DNA of 64,000 nt from positions 258,723 to 322,722 of the forward strand of contig DAIUCD010000001.1 in NCBI GenBank assembly GCA_036846345.1, given 5' to 3'. The notes below the pieces were generated by a model that ran no database searches, was not told the DNA's origin, and saw only the letters and a program-made list of their open reading frames with translations. Positions 48,433 to 57,944 of this stretch are shown here, one piece after another; within the stretch, counting starts at the first letter, position 1, and the number at the start of each line of letters is the position of its first letter. The position numbers were made by a program, and so were the translations under genes. Source of the stretch: Spirochaetota bacterium (GTDB lineage Bacteria > Spirochaetota > UBA4802 > JAGODF01).

Positions 48433-48807
48433 TTATAGTTCCCGTGTTACACTATAGAGCAGAAAAAGAAAAGTAAAAAATATCAGGAGTATCCCTGAGA
48501 GATGTCTGTTGTTTCTGACTAAGGACGTTAGGGAGTTGAAGAGAAAGTCGGATAGCAGAAAGGGAATAGAGCCTATTAACATGAAAAAGAAAAGGATGCC
48601 AAAAGGGTGATAGTTAATGGCCTGGATAAGATCCCCCCGGGAGGTGTAATACACGCTGTGTGTCATTCCGCAGAGGGGACAGCGAAAATGGAGGAATTTC
48701 TTAAACAGGCAGATCTCCCCGTCGATTAGACCCGGGGGGAGGAGATACAGGAATATCAGCACCAGCATAATCAGGGAGAGGATGATATAACGTTCGGTTC
48801 GTCCCAT
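48433..48807 (-). CDS. DUF2752-family membrane protein
   Basis: CxxC-containing motif FRCPLCGMTHS and multiple TM helices, 124 aa. Confidence 0.6.
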   Translation of the reverse strand: MGRTERYIILSLIMLVLIFLYLLPPGLIDGEICLFKKFLHFRCPLCGMTHSVYYTSRGDLIQAINYHPFGILFFFMLIGSIPFLLSDFLFNSLTSLVRNNRHLSGILLIFFTFLFLLYSVTREL

Positions 48808-48831
48808 GGTCGTTTCGCTGAAAAAATTGGA

Positions 48832-49674
48832 TCAGTAGGTGTAAAATCCCCGTCCCGATTTACGCCCTAGATAACCGGCGGCCACATAGTTCTTCAGCAG
48901 AGGACAGGGCCTGTATTTGGAATCGGAAAAACCCCGGTGCAGTTCCTCGATGACAGCCAGAACCACATCCAGCCCTATCATATCCGCCAGCTTCAGGGGT
49001 CCCATGGGCATGTTCATTCCCAGGGTCATTACCTTGTCGATGGATTCTACGGTACCGGCGCCTTCATAGAGGGCGTAAATCGCTTCATTGATCATGGGGA
49101 TCACAATTCGGTTGAGCAGAAATCCGGGATAATCCTTGGATTCCACGAAAATCTTTCCGAATCGCTTGACGATGGATTTTACGGTTTCGAAGGTCTCACG
49201 GGTCGTAGCCATGCCGCAGATGATCTCGACGAGACGCATGGCCCGGACAGGGTTCAGGAAATGCAGGCCGATGACGGATTCGGGCCTCTTGGTGTAGGAG
49301 GCGAGCACCGTGATGGGGAGGGAGGAGGTATTGGTGGCCAGAATCGTGCCTCCCTTGCAGATGCTGTCGAGTTTATGGAATATCTCCCCCTTGGCTTCCA
49401 GGTTTTCAGGGGCACATTCGAGGACGATGTCGGCATTGACGAAATCCTTGAGGTTCTTATGCAGGCGGATATGGGAGATGATCTCCCCCACCCGGTTCTG
49501 TTCCAGCTTTTGTTCCCGTACATAACGGTTCAGGCGATCACGGATCATCTCAAAAGAGTTTCTCAGCTTGATCTCATCGATATCGTACAGCATGACCTGA
49601 AAGCCCTTTTCTGCAGCCAGCTGAGCAATGTCGGAGCCCATGATACCCGCGCCGATGATGCCGAAGACTTCCAT
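48832..49674 (-). CDS. hbd: 3-hydroxybutyryl-CoA / 3-hydroxyacyl-CoA dehydrogenase
   Basis: NAD-binding motif GIIGAGIMGSDIA and the 3HCDH C-terminal domain, 280 aa. Confidence 0.85.
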   Translation of the reverse strand: MEVFGIIGAGIMGSDIAQLAAEKGFQVMLYDIDEIKLRNSFEMIRDRLNRYVREQKLEQNRVGEIISHIRLHKNLKDFVNADIVLECAPENLEAKGEIFHKLDSICKGGTILATNTSSLPITVLASYTKRPESVIGLHFLNPVRAMRLVEIICGMATTRETFETVKSIVKRFGKIFVESKDYPGFLLNRIVIPMINEAIYALYEGAGTVESIDKVMTLGMNMPMGPLKLADMIGLDVVLAVIEELHRGFSDSKYRPCPLLKNYVAAGYLGRKSGRGFYTY

Positions 49675-49688
49675 AGGATTTCCTCACA

Positions 49689-50645
49689 TTAATTGACGAT
49701 GTTTCTTTCCTTCCCCTGAAGGAAGGATGATATATTATCTGCTATCTCCCTTACAAGCCTTTTTCGGGATTCCAGGCTGGCCCAGGCGATGTGCGGTGTC
49801 AGGATGAGACGGGGTGCGGAGAGGAGAGGATCATCAGCGTCCGGGGGCTCTTTTTCCATGACATCCAGTGCGGCCCCTTTGATGGTTCCGGCATGAAGGG
49901 CCTCGCAGAGATCCGCAGGATTAACCAGGGGTCCCCGGGCCATGTTGATCAGAAATCCCTCCCTTTTCATGTGATTAAAAAAGTCACGATTGATGATATG
50001 CCGATTCTCCGCCGTAAGAGGCATGTGCAGGGATACGAAGTCCGAGCATTCCGCCAGCGAATGGAGTTTCAGACGGGGGATTTCGTCGGGGTAAGACACG
50101 CCATCTCGTTTGAGGGCGACGACTTTCATACCAAAGGCCGATGCCAGCCGGGCCACCTCTCTCCCGATGGCCCCCAGACCCAGTATGCCCAGCGTCCGGT
50201 CCTTCAAATCGAAGGTGGGCCATGTGCCCAGGGTGTAGATGGGTGAGAGGCTCCAACTCCCGTTCCGGGCAGCTTCCGCGTAGGATATCAGGTTGGTTGA
50301 CAGAGCCAGAAGGAAGGTCATGGTGAGTTGTGCCACGGAGGTTGTAGAATAACCCGGAACGTTGGCAACGGCTATACTCCTTTGCCGGGCTGTAAGTGTA
50401 TCGATGTTGTTATAGCCTGTAGCGGCTACGGCAATGAATTTCAGATTCGGACAGCGCTCAAGTACGGCTCTGTCAATCAGGGTCTTGTTGGTAATGGCCA
50501 CTTCCGCATCTCTGAGCCTCGTTATGGTCTCCTCATGCGAGGAGACCGGGTAGTCATGGTACCAACCGATTTGCGAGAGGGGACTCATATCCATATCACC
50601 GTAGTCGACGGTGGATGCGTCCAGAAAAACGATTCGGGTCGTCAT
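49689..50645 (-). CDS. D-isomer-specific 2-hydroxyacid dehydrogenase (glycerate dehydrogenase / hydroxypyruvate reductase-like)
   Basis: NAD-binding GILGLGAIGREVAR and catalytic R/E/H pattern, 318 aa. Confidence 0.85.
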   Translation of the reverse strand: MTTRIVFLDASTVDYGDMDMSPLSQIGWYHDYPVSSHEETITRLRDAEVAITNKTLIDRAVLERCPNLKFIAVAATGYNNIDTLTARQRSIAVANVPGYSTTSVAQLTMTFLLALSTNLISYAEAARNGSWSLSPIYTLGTWPTFDLKDRTLGILGLGAIGREVARLASAFGMKVVALKRDGVSYPDEIPRLKLHSLAECSDFVSLHMPLTAENRHIINRDFFNHMKREGFLINMARGPLVNPADLCEALHAGTIKGAALDVMEKEPPDADDPLLSAPRLILTPHIAWASLESRKRLVREIADNISSFLQGKERNIVN

Positions 50646-50660
50646 ATCATGCTTCCTCCG

Positions 50661-51737
50661 TTATATGGCTTTTTCTATCCAGCCGCCGGCGAGGATGTCT
50701 CCTCCGGCATCATAAAAAACAGCGGCCTGGCCGGGTGTCACTCCCGTCTGGGGACTCTCGAAGAACACCTGTAAACCGGAATCAGTCTCCTCCAGTCGAG
50801 CGGGTACCCCTTTCTGGGCTGAGCGGATTTTGACCCATACTTCCCGGCCCTGGAGTCTTTGAGCCTTCATAAAATTGAGGTTCCGCGCCAGAAAACCCTT
50901 CCTGAATAGATCTTCCCGGGGACCGGCCACAAGAATGTTGTGTTCGGCATCTATCTCCACGACATAGAGGGGATGGGGGGCGGCTATACCCAGCCCCCGG
51001 CGCTGTCCTATGGTGTAACGGTGTATTCCCCTGTGCCTTCCCAGGATATTACCCTCTCTGTCCAAGATGTCGCCCGGAGGGGGGATCTGGGCGGTTCGCC
51101 TTTCTATATAGGAGGGGTAATCGTCATCGGGCACAAAGCATATCTCTTGGCTCTCCGGCTTGTTGGCCACCCTCAGGCCTATATTAGCGGCCATTCTGCG
51201 GATTTCGGATTTGGTGAAATCACCCAGGGGAAAGAGGGTATCCTTAAGGATTTCCTGGGGGAGCATTGCTAGAAAATAGGACTGGTCCTTGTCGAGGTCA
51301 TGCCCCCGGGAAACGTAAAAGGGATCGGGGGGCCCGCCGCCCATGCGGGCATAATGACCTGTGGCCAGCTTTTCGCATCCCAGGGAATGGGCCGTATCCA
51401 TAAGTTTCCTGAACTTGATGCGGGCATTGCAAACCAGGCAGGGGCTGGGAGTTTTACCGGAAAGGTATAGCCGGCAGAAGGGATCGATTATCTCGCGGGA
51501 AAAGACTTCTTCGACGTCGAGGAGATAATGACGAAAGTGATATTCTCGGGCCAGGGCCTGGGCGTCGGCGATGTTTTCCGGGGAGCAGCATACGTCAAAT
51601 CGGGGTCCGGAGTTGTCCATCTCCGAGCAGAGCAGGATCTTTGCCGTCAATCCAATGATTTCATGGCCCTGCCGCTGCAGCAGAACAGACGCGAGGGAGG
51701 AATCGACACCCCCGCTCATGGCAACGGCAATTTTCAT
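50661..51737 (-). CDS. mnmA: tRNA-specific 2-thiouridylase MnmA
   Basis: PP-loop KIAVAMSGGVDSS, MnmA catalytic Cys region (CVFKERIFG-type PLVCNARIKF), 358 aa. Confidence 0.9.
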   Translation of the reverse strand: MKIAVAMSGGVDSSLASVLLQRQGHEIIGLTAKILLCSEMDNSGPRFDVCCSPENIADAQALAREYHFRHYLLDVEEVFSREIIDPFCRLYLSGKTPSPCLVCNARIKFRKLMDTAHSLGCEKLATGHYARMGGGPPDPFYVSRGHDLDKDQSYFLAMLPQEILKDTLFPLGDFTKSEIRRMAANIGLRVANKPESQEICFVPDDDYPSYIERRTAQIPPPGDILDREGNILGRHRGIHRYTIGQRRGLGIAAPHPLYVVEIDAEHNILVAGPREDLFRKGFLARNLNFMKAQRLQGREVWVKIRSAQKGVPARLEETDSGLQVFFESPQTGVTPGQAAVFYDAGGDILAGGWIEKAI

Positions 51738-51791
51738 GACACACCTCGATGGGGAAAAAATCAGGGTAGCGATACCGGAAAATAGAGTGGA

Positions 51792-52787
51792 TTACCAGAT
51801 CTTGCGCATGTAGGGATAGGGATTAATAGCCACTCCCCCGAGATGAACCTCGTAATGACAGTGATTACCCGTGGCGTTCCCTGTCTGGCCCACATAGGCG
51901 ATGACCTGTCCCTTTTTGACCTTCTGCCCCGATCCTACAATGATTTTAGAGCAGTGTCCGTAAACCGTCTCAAATCCGTACCTATGCTTGATGCGCACCA
52001 TATATCCCAGACCCCCGCCCCATCCTGTTGAGGCCACTTCTCCCGGGGCCGTGGCGCGAATTTCCGTACCGCTGGAGGCTGCAATGTCTATGCCCCTGTG
52101 GAAATCCCTCCCGAAACCGAAGGGGGATCTACGCCACCCGAAAAGGGAGGTGATGTGTCCCCTGTTGGGAACGATAGAGGGGGTGTCGTTGATGATTTTG
52201 CTACGGACATCGATGAAGTTCTTTATCGTCTTAACGGTGTTGGTCGTACAAATGAGATCCTTCTGCAGGTTTTTCAGGATGAATATCTCTTCGGGAAGGA
52301 TGGTCTTCATCTTGTTGAGTTCCTTCATCTCCTCCTTGTCCATCTCGTAGTCCCAAATCCTGTCAGTGCCGCCGTCATTACCTGCGGACAGCTCATAGAG
52401 TTCCTCGATGTCCGGTTTGATCTCATCGAAGAGTTCCGATATCTTGTTGGTATGCTTCTCGAACCGAAGGAGATGGGAGCGGATGTCTTTGTAGTTATTC
52501 AGGAGCTCTCTTTCCTCACGCTTGATGCTGGCGTTCTTGATAATGGCGTAGGAGGAAGAGAGCAGAATGATTACAAAGAGTATGACGAAAAAGGAGATGA
52601 AAAACTTGGATATCTGAAAGTTAAAGATTCTCTTTTCATTGTGGGGAATGAACATGACGGTCATCTTCTCATGACCCTTTTCAAGAAATTTCTCCCATCT
52701 CTTGGAATAATCTCTCTTGTAGAGATAGAGCTTTTCGGAAAATCTTTGCCGAAAACGGCCCTGGTATTGTTTGATTTTAAACTTCAT
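51792..52787 (-). CDS. M23-family (LytM) peptidoglycan endopeptidase with an N-terminal TM/coiled-coil region
   Basis: M23 motifs HRGIDIAASSGTEIRATAPGEV and HCHYEVH. Confidence 0.85.
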   Translation of the reverse strand: MKFKIKQYQGRFRQRFSEKLYLYKRDYSKRWEKFLEKGHEKMTVMFIPHNEKRIFNFQISKFFISFFVILFVIILLSSSYAIIKNASIKREERELLNNYKDIRSHLLRFEKHTNKISELFDEIKPDIEELYELSAGNDGGTDRIWDYEMDKEEMKELNKMKTILPEEIFILKNLQKDLICTTNTVKTIKNFIDVRSKIINDTPSIVPNRGHITSLFGWRRSPFGFGRDFHRGIDIAASSGTEIRATAPGEVASTGWGGGLGYMVRIKHRYGFETVYGHCSKIIVGSGQKVKKGQVIAYVGQTGNATGNHCHYEVHLGGVAINPYPYMRKIW

Positions 52788-53001
52788 GATGTCTTCTCAC
52801 AGGTCTGTAAAATTGCTCATCAGGACGCCCCTAGGTTCTTATCGGTCCTCGTCCCGGTCAGGGATGACATCTTTTCTTGTGGGTAATGCCGGGCGTTGGG
52901 AGCGCTGCTGAAGGCTTAATAATTAAAACGGACAGGTCTTTAAAAGGAAATATAGAACAGATGGTTCTCTTTTTCAATCATTTTTTACAAACAAACCGCT
53001 C

Positions 53002-54096
53002 TCAGAACCTTTTCCGGTATTTTAATGACAGGTACAGGAGCAGGAAGGCTGCCGTGATCAGAATGCAGGAGGCCAGGGGGATGATCAGATAGATCATGCC
53101 CGTAAGGCTTATAAGAAAGAAAACTATGGAAAAGAATTCCTTTTTCGTAATGTATTTCAAGCTGAGAACGAGACGGGCGATCCTGTCATCCGCCGGCAGT
53201 TTCTGAAGGAATTCTTTATCGTAGGTGACCAGCGAGGCGGAGTCGGTATGTCTGTGCAGAAAGGAGATCATGACGGACAGCATGATGAGAAGGCCGGTAA
53301 AAAGCAGTCCTATGAAGATATAAGGAACGTATCCCAATGTATTGATAAAGAAGAGGTACGATGCGGCGCCCAGGAAAAGAAGCAGGGTCATATTGTCGCT
53401 GATCGTGTCCAGCCATCCTCCGATCTTGGAAACCTTAAAGGTGAACTTGGCCACCTCGCCGTCCACCCCGTCAAGCACCGAGGCTGTCTGAAAGAGCAGT
53501 CCTCCCAGGACGATATAGAGATATTCATTGAAAAGAAGAAAAACGGCGCTTAGTATTCCCGTGATCATGTTAATGATCGTAAGATAATTGGGGTGAATAC
53601 GGGTATTGGCCAAAAGGGAGCTGATGGGTATGGAGATTCGCTTATTGATCTTCTGGGCAATAAATCCCCCGGTATTACGAATGATGGTCTCCTTGGCCAT
53701 CCGGGCTCCCCTTGCAAAGGCGGTTGGTGTATCCAGGCGGAAGATATCCCTTCCCTCCTGAGGTGTCCAGAGCCCCTTACGGCCGGCAAAGTACCGTTCA
53801 GGATCGTTAAAATAGTGGATCTGCAGAAAGGCGTTCGTGGGGATCTCATAGACGGATGCCCCTTTGGGAGGGGATGTGTTCTCATGAATTATGGAATCCC
53901 CCAAATTCTTCAGATGCTTTTTGATATGATTCTCGTAAAATGCCTTCTCGTCAGGGGATAAATCGAGATACAGGTTTTTAATGCCTGCCCGGGAGAGTAC
54001 AAGAATGTTGCGTTCGAGCGGGTGGAGGCCGCAGATCTTATTCCGAAAGAGAGCGTTTTTTGACTCGGTACGAAGCAGGGCGGTATCTGGAATCAT
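53002..54096 (-). CDS. CDP-alcohol phosphatidyltransferase-family membrane protein with an N-terminal soluble extension
   Basis: CDP-OH_P_transf motif DGVDGEVAKF followed by TM helices. The ~130-aa N-terminal cytoplasmic region has unknown function. Confidence 0.7.
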   Translation of the reverse strand: MIPDTALLRTESKNALFRNKICGLHPLERNILVLSRAGIKNLYLDLSPDEKAFYENHIKKHLKNLGDSIIHENTSPPKGASVYEIPTNAFLQIHYFNDPERYFAGRKGLWTPQEGRDIFRLDTPTAFARGARMAKETIIRNTGGFIAQKINKRISIPISSLLANTRIHPNYLTIINMITGILSAVFLLFNEYLYIVLGGLLFQTASVLDGVDGEVAKFTFKVSKIGGWLDTISDNMTLLLFLGAASYLFFINTLGYVPYIFIGLLFTGLLIMLSVMISFLHRHTDSASLVTYDKEFLQKLPADDRIARLVLSLKYITKKEFFSIVFFLISLTGMIYLIIPLASCILITAAFLLLYLSLKYRKRF

Positions 54097-54228
54097 GGTT
54101 TCTTCCCCGGGGGTAATGGCTCTAAAATCCTCTGAGGGCCATGATCGATGGTTTCCGGGTATTGATCAAGATTAATTTCACGGTTTTTTTGTTGCGGCAT
54201 CGAGGGTCGGGGGTTATCGTAGGGTGAG

Positions 54229-54534
54229 ATGAAGACGGCAGGAAAGAACAGCCAGGAAAAGAGGGCGATAGTGGATATCCAGGTTACCCCCAAATCCTCA
54301 CGAAGCAAAATCCAGGTGGAAGAAGGCGGGATGGTCAGGGTCTATCTGAATGCACCGCCGGCGGACGGAAAGGCCAACGCGGAATGCCTGGCGCTGTTTT
54401 CAAAAACACTCGGCGTACCCAAATCGAGAATACACATTGAGAAGGGGGAGGCGGGCAGGCGGAAAAGGCTTCTCATCCTGGGCATGACGACAGAGGAGGT
54501 AATCAAAATCCTGAAGGGGGAGGAGAGAGGGTGA
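54229..54534 (+). CDS. DUF167 (YggU-family) protein
   Basis: VRVYLNAPPADGKANAECLALFSKTLGVPKSRIHIEKGEAGRRKRL matches the YggU/DUF167 core. Confidence 0.75.
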   Translation: MKTAGKNSQEKRAIVDIQVTPKSSRSKIQVEEGGMVRVYLNAPPADGKANAECLALFSKTLGVPKSRIHIEKGEAGRRKRLLILGMTTEEVIKILKGEERG

Positions 54535-54995
54535 TAAGCATTCGGAGGCGGTGGAGATTCCTGATCTTCCTGACAGCTCTTTGCATGGTGGAACTGATGT
54601 GTTCACCGAAATGGACACGCAATGACCGGATGGAGGGATTTTGCAAGGGCCATCTGCGGGTCTATGTGCGGGTGGACATCAGGGAGGACCAGGATGTAAA
54701 CAAGAACTCTCCGGAATTGGAGAAGGTCTTTCTCAGGGCCGGGACTGTCCGGGCGGAGGGATTGCTGAAGGGCTTCCTGATGAGCCGGGCAAAGGATAAG
54801 GGGAAGCCGGATATCTCCCCCACAACCAATATACTGAAAGCTCCGATTATCCGGTTCAGGGACTGTGAGGAGGACTATTGTGAGGCCTTTATAGACTATA
54901 AGGCGGAGGAGTTCATCCGTATCTGGAAGATTGATGACAGGGTCAGGGAAGAAGAAAAGGAGAAAGAGGTGACCGAAGATGAAGCTGATGAGTGA
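54531..54995 (+). CDS. hypothetical secreted protein with an acidic C-terminus
   Basis: 154 aa with an N-terminal hydrophobic segment. Overlaps neighbouring genes. Confidence 0.45.
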   Translation: MISIRRRWRFLIFLTALCMVELMCSPKWTRNDRMEGFCKGHLRVYVRVDIREDQDVNKNSPELEKVFLRAGTVRAEGLLKGFLMSRAKDKGKPDISPTTNILKAPIIRFRDCEEDYCEAFIDYKAEEFIRIWKIDDRVREEEKEKEVTEDEADE

Positions 54996-56268
54996 GATTA
55001 CCATCAATGTAAAAAAAGGCTTCCTGCCTCATCTGACCAATGAACTTTACAAGAGGAATTGTGAAGTACAATCGGTGAAAATGATGGAGAGCGAAGGGGA
55101 TTTTGACCTCTTCCATCTCGATGTGGTTTACAGCGGACTTGAGGTTCTCCAGGAATTCGTCCGTAAGATTGAAAAACACTCGGAAAACTTCAAGATACGG
55201 TCGGTTAAGAATGTCATGGAGGATGCCATCACCGGAGGTCTGCTGCGGGTATCCGGTAAGATGACGATCGAAACGGAAGCGGACTACGAGCTGAGGGTGT
55301 TGGGAGCATCGGAACTCATACAGAGCAAGATAAAACAGGGTCTCAAGGGGAGAGAATATGTTGGCATCTCCCGGAATGTGGGGATCATCCAGGGGGTGAA
55401 AAACAGGGAAGAGAGGGACATTCCGGCCCTTTTCGGCAACTATGTTCAGGAGGAGAAGGATGCAGCGGTCATCAGCCGTTTCTGTGGTCTCAATCCCTAT
55501 CCCCTTCTTATAGGGTTTGATCATATTGAGGATTTCATCAGAACCCTTCAGCGGCTGGAGCAAACCTTTACCCTGATTAGAATAGCCGGAATCGACGATG
55601 TTTTCGAGGCGGTCCAGTTTGAGCAGCTCTATTCTAGTCTGGATACGCCCATCCTGTCGCGTTCCTATGATGAGATACCACTTTTGCTTTTAACCGCCGT
55701 TCTGACCCTGACAGGCAAGAGCAGGGGAGGAATCAGCGACTGCAATGTGGGTCTGATCGGAATCGATGTTCCGTCTCAGAGGCTGACCAAGCTCCTGCTT
55801 TCCATGGGTTTTGCGAGAATCCTGGGTTATGATCACAATGAAAAGATCATGATGAGTTTCGAAAAAGAGGGTGGGCTGGCCACGACGCCGGACAATATTT
55901 TAAGCAATACAGACATCATCCTCCTGTTGAAAAGGCAATATACTGAGGAGGAGTTCAATAAGATACGGCCTGGCCAGATGATCATCTCCCTGCTGGGGGA
56001 GGATGAGGTGGATGAGAAGATCGTTCAGGAGAGAGGGGTGAAGCGCATCATCACCCGAGATCAGATGGACGAGACGGTTCTGCTACCGGGACTTGTGAAC
56101 GCTATGATCTCTGCCGGGCTTAGATTTCTGGATGATGACCGCATTATAACTGTGGCCCGGATGGTTGCCGGCCTGCAGCAGGGCGGGGATGTCCTCCCTT
56201 CCCTCTTCAGCGATCTCCATGAGAGAATCAGGGAGTCTCTCTCGGAACCCTTCAGCGCTCGGAAATGA
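54979..56268 (+). CDS. hypothetical ACT-like domain protein with a Rossmann-like central region
   Basis: N-terminal ACT-like beta-alpha-beta segment and a GLIGID dinucleotide-like loop. No confident family assignment. Confidence 0.5.
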   Translation: MKLMSEITINVKKGFLPHLTNELYKRNCEVQSVKMMESEGDFDLFHLDVVYSGLEVLQEFVRKIEKHSENFKIRSVKNVMEDAITGGLLRVSGKMTIETEADYELRVLGASELIQSKIKQGLKGREYVGISRNVGIIQGVKNREERDIPALFGNYVQEEKDAAVISRFCGLNPYPLLIGFDHIEDFIRTLQRLEQTFTLIRIAGIDDVFEAVQFEQLYSSLDTPILSRSYDEIPLLLLTAVLTLTGKSRGGISDCNVGLIGIDVPSQRLTKLLLSMGFARILGYDHNEKIMMSFEKEGGLATTPDNILSNTDIILLLKRQYTEEEFNKIRPGQMIISLLGEDEVDEKIVQERGVKRIITRDQMDETVLLPGLVNAMISAGLRFLDDDRIITVARMVAGLQQGGDVLPSLFSDLHERIRESLSEPFSARK

Positions 56269-57043
56269 TGATCCAGTATAGATTCCTATACTGATAGGGG
56301 ATGCAGGAATACTCCCGGCTTTCGACGCGAAAAGAATCTTTCTTCATTCCATTCAAACAGGAGGAGTTAATTCTGCTGAAATGGGGGTAGGGATGCAGGG
56401 CTGATTCCCTTTTTTCTGCAATCCTGTAAAGGCCGTCCTTCCCTATAATGCGGGTTTTGCTGTTTACCAGCTGCTCAATCCTTTCCAGGCTTACCTTGAA
56501 GATCATCACTGCTGTGATCACTCCTTCTTTCCTAACCGGGGATGATATGTACATATCGATATTGTTTGAGTAGCGCGGGTAATTGGTGAGATCCTCTACA
56601 TGAATGGCGCCGGCAATACTTTTGGAAAAGCAGAGGGGGTAGGGGGAGTCCGGAAGCCCCAGCGTGGCATTCTTGGAAAAGAGGGCTTGTTCCGTCATGG
56701 TGTAGATGATAGTCCCAGCGGGGTTGATAAGGATGATGTCCGAATACAGTCCCTTCGTAACGGCCTTTATCATTTCGGAGATGTTTTCCCTCTCCAGAAG
56801 ATAATACTTGCTTCCTCCGCTGTTCATCAGCTGGAGATGAGTGAGGTTTTTCACCAGGTTCTTCCTGTTTATAACCTCGTTCACCTTGGAGAAATCCTTT
56901 TCACAGACATCAAAAAAATTTTCCAGTGCATTGAAGCGGACTGTCTTAAGGGGCTCCTCCTGTTTGACAACTGTCAGGGGGGTTTGGGAGGCGCAGGAAA
57001 GGAACAGAGTTGATAGGATAAGGATAAAAAAAGTTCTTTTCAT
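56252..57043 (-). CDS. lipoprotein, possibly a Cache/PDC-like ligand-binding fold
   Basis: Signal peptide with lipobox LFLSCAS. Central region has Cache-like spacing (INPAGTIIYT...SPY...VITAVMIF). Tentative. Confidence 0.45.
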   Translation of the reverse strand: MKRTFFILILSTLFLSCASQTPLTVVKQEEPLKTVRFNALENFFDVCEKDFSKVNEVINRKNLVKNLTHLQLMNSGGSKYYLLERENISEMIKAVTKGLYSDIILINPAGTIIYTMTEQALFSKNATLGLPDSPYPLCFSKSIAGAIHVEDLTNYPRYSNNIDMYISSPVRKEGVITAVMIFKVSLERIEQLVNSKTRIIGKDGLYRIAEKRESALHPYPHFSRINSSCLNGMKKDSFRVESREYSCIPYQYRNLYWIIISER

Positions 57044-57197
57044 AGTCTACACCCTCTCAAAAAGATTGGCACAGGGGACTCCCTCTATACATTATCGTCC
57101 GAAAAAGTATGAATCTTGAGATTAGATCTAGGATGCGTGAAATTGTACTTGAAAAAATGACCGCGAACCAATATGTAAAACGAGCAGGGGGTTCGAT

Positions 57198-57941
57198 ATG
57201 AAAAGATTATTAATTCTGATGGGGATTATGGTTCTCGCCGGAACGGTTCCCGGCAATTCAGCTGCCCTCACAGCTGACGAGATCATGCAGAAAACCAACT
57301 GGGTCAGAAAACCGGCCACATCCCGGATTCTCTATACCGTCTATGCGAAGAGAAACGGAAAATCCATACGGATGGAGATGGTCTGTTTATCCAAATCCGG
57401 TCCGGAGGGACAAAAGACCCTGATGGATTTTACCAATCCTGCGGGCATGAAACTCCTCTCCTTCGTGTTTACGGGACGGGGTGTGGATCAGTGGGTCAGA
57501 AGACCTTCGGGTCAGGTAAAGAGGATCACCAACCTCAATAAGCACGAGCTTTTATTCTGCGGCAATCTCAACTTTGAGGACCTGGAGCCAAGGGATATCA
57601 GTTTTTACAGCTATCAGTTTCTGGGTGATTCCCGTGCGGCCGATGCTGATTGTTACAAGATTAAAACCATCCGGAAGATCGGCCCAACCGTTTACGATCA
57701 CCAGATCCTTCATGTGAGGAAGAGCGATTATTTCATTGTCCGCATAGAGTATCACAAAAACGGTTTAATGCAGAAGTATCAGGAATATCAGGGTATAAAG
57801 ACTATAGACGGTTTTATGACGGCTCATCGCGTAGTCGTAGCGACTATGGACAAGATGGAAACGACAGAGCTGAACGCGGAGTATGTGAAGTACAATATGC
57901 CCCTCAAGGACGATCTTTTCCTTGAAAGGCATTTGAAATAG
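57198..57941 (+). CDS. outer-membrane lipoprotein-sorting-like (LolA-fold) protein
   Basis: Signal peptide and a LolA-like/DUF4292-type beta-barrel pattern, 247 aa. Confidence 0.55.
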   Translation: MKRLLILMGIMVLAGTVPGNSAALTADEIMQKTNWVRKPATSRILYTVYAKRNGKSIRMEMVCLSKSGPEGQKTLMDFTNPAGMKLLSFVFTGRGVDQWVRRPSGQVKRITNLNKHELLFCGNLNFEDLEPRDISFYSYQFLGDSRAADADCYKIKTIRKIGPTVYDHQILHVRKSDYFIVRIEYHKNGLMQKYQEYQGIKTIDGFMTAHRVVVATMDKMETTELNAEYVKYNMPLKDDLFLERHLK

Positions 57942-57944
57942 GGC

